Of a DNA stretch of 64,000 nucleotides, positions 56,793-64,000 are shown piece by piece. Position numbers and translations under genes: made by a program. Source of the DNA: an uncultured Acidobacteriota bacterium (GTDB lineage: Bacteria; Acidobacteriota; Vicinamibacteria; Vicinamibacterales; UBA8438). The notes under the pieces were generated by a model, which was given only the letters and a program-made list of their open reading frames with translations, was not told where the DNA came from and did not search any database. Location: positions 143,797 to 207,796 of the forward strand of contig CAJWLU010000005.1 of assembly GCA_913043225.1 (NCBI GenBank). The letters run 5' to 3'. Numbering within the stretch: position 1 is the stretch's first letter; every line of letters starts with the position of its first letter.

Positions 56793-58525
56793 CGTCCGCC
56801 CTCCGCTTCCGCCTGGCGTTCGAGCGCAATCGCGCGCAGCACCTCTACCATGTCCTGGTTCTCCGGCGGCACCTGCGCGGCCATCTGCTCGAGCTGTCCC
56901 AGGAGCTGTCCGACCTGCTCAGCGTTCGCCTGCGAGATCATCGTCATCATCTGCCTGACCTGCTGGCGCTCCTGGTCATCGAGGCCGACTAGACGTGGAT
57001 CTTCCGGCTCGTCCGACTCCTGCCGGTAATAGATCGCCACCGCGCGGCTCTCCGCGCTGAAGTAATCGTTCGCCACCCGCATTACATCCTCGGTTGTGAC
57101 CGCCTCATACAGCGCCGGGTCGCTGTTGATCGTCTCCCAGCCCCGCCAGGCTTCACGGACGAGCAGCTGGTTCATCAATCCGAAGTTCGACCGCAACCCG
57201 CGGAAGTTCGATGCGGCGTTCTGATTCTTGACCTTCTGGAGCTCACGCTCGGGCACCGGCTCGGTCTTGAGTCGCTCGAGCTCGGAGTAGATCGCCTGTT
57301 CCACCTCTTCCGGAGTCCGCCCCTCCTTGGCCGTCCCGCTCAGCTGGAACATCCCCTCGAACTTGAAGCCCGACTGGCCGCCACCGGCGTTAGTGGCCAC
57401 CTCCTGTTCTTCAACTAGGGCCCGATAGAGACGGCCCGTGCGCCCGTTAAGCAGCTGCCCGAGCACAACCAGCGGCGGTTCGTCGACATGGCCATCAGGC
57501 ACCGAGTGATACCGGATCGTCACCGACGGATTGGTCTCCGCGTAGGCGGTCATCCGCTTCTCGCCCAGCTGAGGCATCTCGCGAGTGCGCGGCTGCGGCG
57601 CGGCTCGGTCGCTTGGAGGCAAGCGTCCGAAATACCGCTCGGCCAGTGCCTTCGCCTCACCTGGGTCGAAGTCGCCCACGAGCGCCGCGGTCAGGTTGTT
57701 TGGCGCGTAGTAGAGCCCGAAGAACTCGAGTGCCTCTTCCCGCGTGATCCCCTCGAGGTCGCTCGGCCACCCAACAATCGGCCAGCTGTAGGGTGACGAC
57801 TGCCAGAACATTGAATCGAACTGTTCCTGAAACTTGCCGGTCGGCGTGCTGTCGGTGCGGAGCCGCCGCTCCTCGTGGACCACGTCGCGCTCGGAATAGA
57901 ACTCGCGGAACACCGGGTTCAGCAGCCGATCGGACTCCATCCAGAACCAGAGCTCCAGCTTGTTGGCTGGCACGTTCACGAAGTAGATCGTGTAGTCGTA
58001 GCTGGTACCGGCATTCATTGCCGAGGCACCCTGGCCAGAGTACGTGCGGCTGAAGTCCTCCTTAATGATCAGCCTGTCCTGCTCGGCGAGCAGCGCGTCG
58101 AACCGGTCCAGTAGTTCCTGGTGGCGCGAGCTTCGCTCGGACGGGTCATTAGGTGCGTCGAGCTGGCCGAGCCGAGCCGCTTCGAGCAACGCCGCTTCCT
58201 CGACCCGGATCTCGCCCTTGACCTGATCGAGCTCGGCAATCAGCTGCAGGTCCGACTCGATGTTCCGAGTGCCGATGGTCGCGGTCCCCTTGAACATCAT
58301 GTGCTCGAACAGGTGCGCCACACCGGTTATTCCAGGTCGCTCGTGGACCGACCCGACCTTGGCCACCCAGCCGGCGGCCACATTGGGATCACCCGGCCGC
58401 GGCAACAAGAGGACAGTCATCCCGTTGTCGAGCAGCACCTCTTCGACCGGCACCTCCTGCGCATTGCCCGCGCCCCCGCCCACCAGCAGCGCCGCCATCA
58501 ACAGCGCCCCGATCCGTGTCGTCAT
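56789..58525 (-). CDS. M16 peptidase, catalytic subunit
   Basis: Signal peptide; GVAHLFEHMMFKG, NAGT, ESDR, EERR; start moved to MTTRIG. Confidence 0.9.
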   Translation of the reverse strand: MTTRIGALLMAALLVGGGAGNAQEVPVEEVLLDNGMTVLLLPRPGDPNVAAGWVAKVGSVHERPGITGVAHLFEHMMFKGTATIGTRNIESDLQLIAELDQVKGEIRVEEAALLEAARLGQLDAPNDPSERSSRHQELLDRFDALLAEQDRLIIKEDFSRTYSGQGASAMNAGTSYDYTIYFVNVPANKLELWFWMESDRLLNPVFREFYSERDVVHEERRLRTDSTPTGKFQEQFDSMFWQSSPYSWPIVGWPSDLEGITREEALEFFGLYYAPNNLTAALVGDFDPGEAKALAERYFGRLPPSDRAAPQPRTREMPQLGEKRMTAYAETNPSVTIRYHSVPDGHVDEPPLVVLGQLLNGRTGRLYRALVEEQEVATNAGGGQSGFKFEGMFQLSGTAKEGRTPEEVEQAIYSELERLKTEPVPERELQKVKNQNAASNFRGLRSNFGLMNQLLVREAWRGWETINSDPALYEAVTTEDVMRVANDYFSAESRAVAIYYRQESDEPEDPRLVGLDDQERQQVRQMMTMISQANAEQVGQLLGQLEQMAAQVPPENQDMVEVLRAIALERQAEAEGGR

Positions 58526-58734
58526 CGTCGGCTCCTCTTCCCTACGCCATCTCCGCCGGACATTCGTCAGCAACAAGACGCAGGGCAGTCTCAGCAGTCT
58601 GGCACAGCGGCTGGCCTGAGCCAAGCGCTCGAACGCCGCACCCCAATATGTGCCTCCTCGTGGCCTTGAGCTACAATTCCGGTCAGCTAGACGGTAGATC
58701 GCCCCGGTGTTCTCACCGACGCGGACACACCCCC

Positions 58735-60198
58735 GTGAACGACGCCCCCTCATCTCCCGCTCTGCCGCGCTGGGCGCGTGCGGTGGACCTGTTCACGACG
58801 GCGCTGCTCATCCTAGTAGTCCAGGTATGGGCCTTCGGACGCATCGATTTCGGCACCTGGCTGCGGATCGGCGAGACCTGGCGGTTGTGGCTGATCGTCG
58901 TCGCCGCCGCGGGCCTCCGACACTACTACGTTCCTCACCCCTCGCTCCCCGCCCGTATCTTCGGGTTCGTACGCCGAGGTGTGCGGGACGAGGCGTTCCG
59001 GTCCACTTGGCCCACCACCGTCACCACCCGCTTAGCCGTACTTCTGGTCGGATACCTGGGGGTGGTCGCGGTCGGATTCCCGCCGGGCACACCGCCCATC
59101 CGCGTGTCGAACAACGAGGCCGCCAACCTGGCGCTCCGCTGGGACACTGGCTGGTACATGCAGATCGCGCTCGAGGGCTATCGCTACGAACCCAACAACG
59201 TCGGGCAGCAGAACATCGCCTTCTTCCCTGGATATCCGCTGGCGGTGCGCGCTGCTGCCAACCTACTCGGGTCTCAGCGCATCTTCGGCGAGCGCGAGCT
59301 ACCCCCTGGCATGGCGATGGAGCAGCTGCAGCAACGCTTCCTCGTAGCCGGCCTCATCGTGTCGCTCGTCGCCTTCGGGTGGGGACTGATGTGGCTCTAT
59401 CGCCTGGCGCGGCAGCATCTCGACGACAGCGCGGCACGCTCGGCGCTCCTCTTGATGTCCGCCTACCCGTTCGCCGTGTACTTCAGCGCCGCCTATACCG
59501 AAGCGCTGATGCTGCTGGCGCTGGCGGCCTCCTTCTACCTCGTCGGTCAGCAGCGCTGGGGTCCAGCTGCCGCCTTCGCCTTGCTGGGAGGCATCACCCG
59601 GCCCAACGGCTTTCTGCTAGCCGGCCCGCTCGGCGTCATCGTCCTGAAGCAGCTGCTGGAAAAACGAAACGCCGGCGCCCCGCAGGTCGAGCTCACCCGA
59701 CATGCGGTGCTCGGTCTGACGGTCGCGGCGCTGCCTGCCCTCGGCGTAGGCCTCTACTCGCTCTACATCTACAGCCTGACCGGCGATCTGCTCGCCTGGC
59801 GGGAAGCACACACCGCCTGGGGACGCTCCTACACCGGCTTTCCCACCCTTTTTACCCCGGTAACGCTAATCACCGAACAAGGACTGGTCGAGTACACGAC
59901 ATCTCAGCCAATCGAGGCGCTAAACGCGGTGGCGGCCATCGCCGCCGTCGTCATGATCTGGCCGATCACGACCCGCCTCGGTCTGGAGTATGGTCTGCTC
60001 ATGCTCCTTAACATTGCGCCTCCCATGCTCTTCGGCGGCTTCCTGTCGATGGGCCGGGTCACCAGCCTGCTCTTCCCGATGTTTTTCTTGACCGCGTCGG
60101 TCCTCTCCGGGCGACAGCGGCAGAACCTGACCGTCGGCTTCGCCCTCCTCCAAGGTTTCACAGCAATCCTTTTCTTTACCTGGCGTCGGATGCTGTGA
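58735..60198 (+). CDS. PIG-V-like (GT-C) mannosyltransferase
   Basis: RWDTGWY..IA..GY, AFFPGYP, YTEAL, TRPNG; GTG start; coupled to a ppm1-like gene. Confidence 0.85.
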   Translation: MNDAPSSPALPRWARAVDLFTTALLILVVQVWAFGRIDFGTWLRIGETWRLWLIVVAAAGLRHYYVPHPSLPARIFGFVRRGVRDEAFRSTWPTTVTTRLAVLLVGYLGVVAVGFPPGTPPIRVSNNEAANLALRWDTGWYMQIALEGYRYEPNNVGQQNIAFFPGYPLAVRAAANLLGSQRIFGERELPPGMAMEQLQQRFLVAGLIVSLVAFGWGLMWLYRLARQHLDDSAARSALLLMSAYPFAVYFSAAYTEALMLLALAASFYLVGQQRWGPAAAFALLGGITRPNGFLLAGPLGVIVLKQLLEKRNAGAPQVELTRHAVLGLTVAALPALGVGLYSLYIYSLTGDLLAWREAHTAWGRSYTGFPTLFTPVTLITEQGLVEYTTSQPIEALNAVAAIAAVVMIWPITTRLGLEYGLLMLLNIAPPMLFGGFLSMGRVTSLLFPMFFLTASVLSGRQRQNLTVGFALLQGFTAILFFTWRRML

Positions 60199-60935
60199 CC
60201 GCTTCCACAACAGGCGCGCGCCTAGCTCTCACGATTCTGCCCACCCTAAATGAGGCCAAGAACCTCCCTCTGCTCGTACCTCGGATTCTCGAGCACGACG
60301 GGTTCAAGGTCCTGGTCGTGGATGACCGCTCGACCGACGGCACGGGCAACGTTGCCGAAGAGCTGGCCACGCACTACCCCGGACGCGTCGAGGTCCTCCA
60401 CCGCACCGGCAATCGAGGACTCGGGCTGTCCTATGCCGAGGCCTTCCCACTGGCCGCCGCAAGAGATGTCGACGTTATCGTCCAGATGGACGCCGACCTG
60501 TCGCACGACCCGCGGCATCTGCCGGCGATGGTGGCGGCCACTACCGACTACGACGTAGTCATCGGGTCGAGGTACACGGCCGGGGCCAGTCTGATCGACT
60601 TCCCCAGCTATCGGGCCACGTTGAGCCGCGGCGCCAACGCGTACGTGCGACTGATCACGGGACTCCGGGCCAACGACTGCACCAGCGGCTATCGCTGCTG
60701 GCGTCGCAGTGCCGTGCAGCAGATCCAGTGGGAGCGGGTCGGGGCCGAGGGCTTCGCGTTCCTGGTTGAATCGCTCTGCGAGGCCGCGCAAGCGAGCTGT
60801 CGCATCGGCGAAGTCCCAGTTCGCTTCGTCGGCCGACAGCACGGTGCATCGAAGCTGACCGGCCGGGTGTTCAGGGAGTCGTTGATCGTACCCTGGCGGG
60901 TACTAACGCGATTCCGACGTCACCCCCCACGGTGA
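60195..60935 (+). CDS. Polyprenol monophosphomannose synthase (Ppm1/DPM1-like GT2)
   Basis: PT.NE..N, VDD.S.DGT, QMDADLSH.P, GSRY, D.TSGYRC. Confidence 0.9.
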   Translation: MTASTTGARLALTILPTLNEAKNLPLLVPRILEHDGFKVLVVDDRSTDGTGNVAEELATHYPGRVEVLHRTGNRGLGLSYAEAFPLAAARDVDVIVQMDADLSHDPRHLPAMVAATTDYDVVIGSRYTAGASLIDFPSYRATLSRGANAYVRLITGLRANDCTSGYRCWRRSAVQQIQWERVGAEGFAFLVESLCEAAQASCRIGEVPVRFVGRQHGASKLTGRVFRESLIVPWRVLTRFRRHPPR

Positions 60936-60942
60936 ACGCCAG

Positions 60943-60971
60943 TTGCACCACCAGCCCCCCTGCGGTAGAGT
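60943..60971 (+). promoter_or_regulatory. Probable tRNA promoter
   Basis: TTGCAC, 17 bp, TAGAGT. Confidence 0.5.
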
Positions 60972-61025
60972 GAATCTACCCTGTCACATTGTGGCGGGCC
61001 TTCAGTTTGCGCTACGTTCTGGCGT

Positions 61026-61101
61026 GCCGAGGTAGCTCAGTTGGTAGAGCACACGACTGAAAATCGTGGTGTCGGCAGTTCGACTCTGCCCCTCGGCACC
61101 A
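61026..61101 (+). tRNA. tRNA-Phe(GAA)
   Basis: 76-nt cloverleaf GCCGAGG...CCTCGGC-ACCA; anticodon arm CACGA-CTGAAAA-TCGTG; GTTCGAC T-loop; encoded CCA. Confidence 0.97.
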
Positions 61102-61135
61102 CTTTGCCTTGACAAGATACGAGAGAGACACTCGA

Positions 61136-61290
61136 GTGCAGAAGAACAAAATCTCTGCGCTGTCCGTACTCCTGACACTTAACCCTTTAGCCCTCGCATT
61201 AGCCCAACCGGATTTCGGTATCGCAAAATCGAGCGTGGTGACCGACGGGTACCGGACTCCGTGGGCTATTGAGGTGATTAGTGAAGCTGA
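61136..61290 (+). pseudogene. Signal peptide plus N-terminal fragment resembling a PQQ-dependent sugar dehydrogenase
   Basis: Signal peptide, then VVTDGYRTPWAIEVI (V..GL..PW.I pattern), then loses coherence. Confidence 0.35.
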
Positions 61291-61326
61291 TTGCCCGTCG
61301 GTCGGCCTGAAAGTGATAAGTAGTCA

Positions 61327-61832
61327 ATGAAACCCCTCCTCAACACAACTCTCCTCTTGCTTCTGGTTATTGGTTTCTCAGGAGGTGTTAGTGGGCAGGA
61401 TGAGTCGGCTCTCAGTGAAACTCTATCAATAGATCGTCTAAGTTGGCTCACTGGAAACTGGAAAGGCCCAAGAGATGGTGGTGTTCTAGAAGAAATATGG
61501 CTGCCCCCTCTCGCTGGCACGATTACTGCTTTAGTTCGTTCTAGCAAAGACCCAGATACAAGATTTGTTAAAATTGTTCACATCAGAGAAATCAACAGCA
61601 GCTTAGAATTACACTTACAACATTTAAACAATTCGTTGGAACCAGAACATATAAGCGCTCACAATTTTGAGTTAACTGACATTGGTAGCAGATTTGTATC
61701 CTTTAAAGGAATAAGTGACGGCGCTCATCGAAGTCTGAGTTACGAGCGCCCTGAGGAAAACCTCTTTTTTTGCGCATTGAAACCAATGATGGCAAACAGA
61801 TTGAAATCCGATTAACACAGGAGGGGAAGTGA
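61327..61832 (+). CDS. Secreted DUF6265-like protein, frameshifted near the C-terminus
   Basis: LSWLTGNWKG, EEIW.PP..G; T7 run at 61765-61771; restored frame ends LRIETNDGKQIEIRLTQEGK* at 61832. Confidence 0.6.
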
Positions 61833-62110
61833 TGAAGATAATGCTGAGCTGGAAGTTTCCGACGGGGACAGCCTATACCTCTGGGATGAAACAGTTTTTG
61901 GAGACGGGAGGGCCGCCACCTGAAGGCCTTAGAACGATCGGTCGGTGGCATGCCCCAGGTTCAAGATATGGTTTTCATCTAGTAGAAGGAGATCCTGCGT
62001 TGGCCGCAGAGCTCGTTGCGCAATGGAATCCTTTTTGCGACGTTGAGGCTACCCCTGTGCTTGACGACGAAGAGGCCTCATCCGCCTTACGGAAAGCCGG
62101 TAGGGGTTAG
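61832..62110 (+). CDS. DUF3303 family protein
   Basis: M.SW, F.ETGGPPPEG, GRWHA, GF.LVE, W..., PVL.D.E; GGAGG RBS. Confidence 0.78.
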   Translation: MKIMLSWKFPTGTAYTSGMKQFLETGGPPPEGLRTIGRWHAPGSRYGFHLVEGDPALAAELVAQWNPFCDVEATPVLDDEEASSALRKAGRG

Positions 62111-62397
62111 TCTTGATTCGTGGTGAAGATGGATGCCTCATTTCTGGGGGTCTGGGTATCGCTGACACTCCAGTGACAGGCGGGAGCGGCGACTGCTCAT
62201 AACTGTCTTACGACAACGCTGTCGCTGTAGGCGCCAATCCTACCGCTAACGGGCAGGGGGTGAGGTGCGGGGCAGAGGGTCTCAGGCGTGTGGCACTTTG
62301 TGGCACGTTTCGCGTCACAGCCGCACTCACCTGCCCCCTCCTGCACATTTTCGTGCGGAAGGACGCGGTGTGATCTCTTTCTTGATTCGTCGTTTCC

Positions 62398-62447
62398 CCT
62401 GACTGGGGGTCAGGGGGTCACTGATTCATATCCAGTCATCCCGACCA
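62398..62447 (+). pseudogene. 3' half of tRNA-Pro(GGG), att-core-like
   Basis: Anticodon arm CCTGA-CTGGGGG-TCAGG, degenerate T-arm ACTGA-TTCATAT-CCAGT, CATCCCG-ACCA; no D-arm or 5' acceptor strand. Confidence 0.8.
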
Positions 62448-62457
62448 ATAAACACGG

Positions 62458-62492
62458 GGCTCAATCGACTCTGTCGGTTGAGCCTTTCTTCT
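62458..62492 (+). terminator. Rho-independent terminator after the tRNA-Pro fragment
   Basis: GGCTCAATCGAC / GTCGGTTGAGCC 12-bp stem, followed by TTTCTT. Confidence 0.72.
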
Positions 62493-62621
62493 TGTTTGGT
62501 CACTTTGTGGCACGGTTCGGGAATAACTCAGCGCCCCGTGACCATCCGAGGCCGCAGACCTGCACCCAGCACAACCCGTGCTGATTGCCCATCGGTCGGC
62601 TGGTGTTGGTGAGGACGAGAC

Positions 62622-63005
62622 TTACGGGTTACGCGGATGCGCTTCGTCCCACTCACGCGCGAAGGGTTGGGCTTCGGCGATCTGCTCTGGGGTTATACAG
62701 GTGGTTCGGGCGTTGCGAACCCGGCCCGTACTCTCACGTGCACAACTAGAGCAACGAACTGTGGTGTCTCCGTCGCAGTACAACGCGCTCGCAACACCGA
62801 ACCAAAATAGTACTCCCGCCAGCCCAATCAGAACGATACGCCGGACGAGAACCAGTCTCTCGAAGTGCTCTTCATGCACGCGGACCGCCCAAGTCCAATG
62901 AATCCACTTGAAGAATCTGATTCTGAGGCGCATCAGCTTCGGCACAGCGATCGCCACAGCGAGCAGAGCCAGACTTGCGAGCGTGAACAGCAGCACGCCA
63001 AGCAC
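62622..63005 (-). CDS. Small 2-TM protein reading through into a Sel1-protein-like C-terminal tail
   Basis: Two hydrophobic helices, then ITPEQIAEAQPFAREWDEAHPRNP*. Confidence 0.5.
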   Translation of the reverse strand: MLGVLLFTLASLALLAVAIAVPKLMRLRIRFFKWIHWTWAVRVHEEHFERLVLVRRIVLIGLAGVLFWFGVASALYCDGDTTVRCSSCARESTGRVRNARTTCITPEQIAEAQPFAREWDEAHPRNP

Positions 63006-63020
63006 CTTAGAGTCTCCCAG

Positions 63021-63077
63021 TTACTCCGGGTGCACCTTGTCCCACTCGCGGGCGAGACGGTGCACTTTGGCGAGAGC
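63021..63077 (-). pseudogene. Second Sel1-protein-like C-terminal tail remnant
   Basis: Translates ALAKVHRLAREWDKVHPE*; homologous to 62622-62696. Confidence 0.6.
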
Positions 63078-63096
63078 GACGATTTTTGTTGATTCT

Positions 63097-63536
63097 CTAT
63101 TTTCGGTCACCAGTCCATAGAGTAAATATTATCCAACTTCCTGTTTCATCACTAAAAAGTAAAGGCTGCTTCCCTCAAACAAAAGTTCGTCAGAACCGTT
63201 ATAGTGGGAGAACTCTAAGTTCAAGTAATAGATAGATTCAGCCAGTCGATGGACCTCAACATGGTCCATCAAACTGTACGCATACCCCTCTTGAAGTGGA
63301 AATGAATTAAAGAACTCCACAACTTCTTCATGAGTAGCTGCAATGACATCAGGGGTTCTCTTAAACATGGCCGGAACCTGAAAATGCGTTGCGATTGCAT
63401 CAAAGTCTCTCGCATTAAAGTCATTGAAGTATGCGTCAAACTCATTCTTTACTAGCTCAGCATCTGGGTCTGTTGACTGTCCATAAGAAAAACTTGCCAA
63501 AAGCATCAATGCTATCCCGCTAAACAATTTCTTCAT
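63097..63536 (-). CDS. Secreted NTF2/SnoaL-like protein, frameshifted near the C-terminus
   Basis: Signal peptide MKKLFSG; F..YF..FN..DF..IA.HF..P; adding one T to the T5 run gives YFFSDETGSWIIFTLWTGDRK*. Confidence 0.6.
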
Positions 63537-64000
63537 ATTTCTCTCGCTCTGCACAACGCCACTTAGTCTCGTTAAGTTAGATTTTGTGTGCGTGGCTGGA
63601 AATCATCTAGCCGTCCGTTGGACGTCTCGGTATATCTGATTGGGGTTCGAGTTCATTTTCAGAACGCCAAGGGGGCTCTGACATCGTCCGGCGTCACCCA
63701 TGGCATGACCACTCTACCGCTGGCTGGGAGGTGGTTCAACCGGGACGGGATGCCCAGAGGACTCGCGTCACCGTGGGTGTCGTCGCAGGCCAAGGCGGTC
63801 ACCAACATTTACAGCCATGGACGGCATATGGTGAGATCAGCGTCATCCCAAGCCCAATGGGCTGGGGTCTCTACGCAGGTCGCTGTGTTGCCTGTACAGC
63901 ACCTACGGGCGACTGACGAAACTTGACTTAACTCTGGACGATGGCTCCAGAGAATAGGGGGAACGATGGTCCAACTGCCGAAGGAAGGTAATTACAGCGG

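Larger units (their letters stand above)
62289..62514 (+). repeat. 14-bp direct repeat CACTTTGTGGCACG flanking the tRNA fragment (arm-site-like)
   Basis: Copies at 62294-62307 and 62501-62514; TGTGGCAC is also tandem at 62289/62299. Confidence 0.7.
61102..64000. mobile_element. Decayed tRNA-associated genomic island / variable region (left part)
   Basis: Shift to AT-richer sequence right after the tRNA; short cargo genes, fragments, frameshifts and an att-like tRNA fragment; no integrase in window. Confidence 0.65.

Noticed and set aside
62398..62447. Functional tRNA-Pro gene
   Set aside because: No 5' acceptor strand or D-arm upstream; T-stem has a mismatch
62465..62473. TCGACTCTG match to the tRNA-Phe T-arm as an attR
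   Set aside because: Only 9 bp, and it lies inside the terminator hairpin; compatible with chance
62288..62901. Plus-strand ORFs 62288-62584 and 62578-62901
   Set aside because: They overlap the att-like structure and the minus-strand gene; no protein-like features
62622..63077. Diversity-generating retroelement TR/VR pair
   Set aside because: Differences between the copies are not confined to adenines and no reverse transcriptase is in the window
63545..63595. Complete attC site
   Set aside because: Inverted-repeat span is too short and the R''/L boxes are not convincing; no intI in the window

Overview
High-GC bacterial chromosomal window, mostly housekeeping and cell-envelope genes. The gene families present suggest Acidobacteriota (Vicinamibacteria-like); this is inference, not a database result. 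About 2-30 kb is a large surface-glycan/lipid modification region: methyltransferases, radical SAM/SPASM, GlpD-like, AsnB, an AlgX/J-like protein, a DprE1/DprE2-like pair, LbH acyltransferases, Gfo/Idh/MocA, a deacetylase, GMC, and GT2 + GT-C + DedA. It is followed by suhB/rsbW/aroA/aroK and a secreted cytochrome c-copper monooxygenase (PHM/DBH-like) fusion with a partner gene. That pair converges on an atypical cytochrome c maturation operon: CXXXY-type CcmE, CcmF fused to a Cys-rich CcmH-like domain, two extra genes, ccmABCD and a 56-aa ORF missed by the ORF track. Next come maf/dciA/thiolase, a TPM-nucleotidyltransferase-LemA operon, recA, ftsB behind three tandem promoter-like elements, a cPLA2/patatin-like lipase, an M16 peptidase pair, a PIG-V-like mannosyltransferase plus Ppm1, and tRNA-Phe(GAA). 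After the tRNA a lower-GC, decayed island begins. It holds small cargo genes, two homopolymer frameshifts, an att-like 3' half of tRNA-Pro(GGG) flanked by direct repeats, and two copies of an AREWDxxHP C-terminal tail module. No CRISPR array, rRNA, integrase or transposase is visible.
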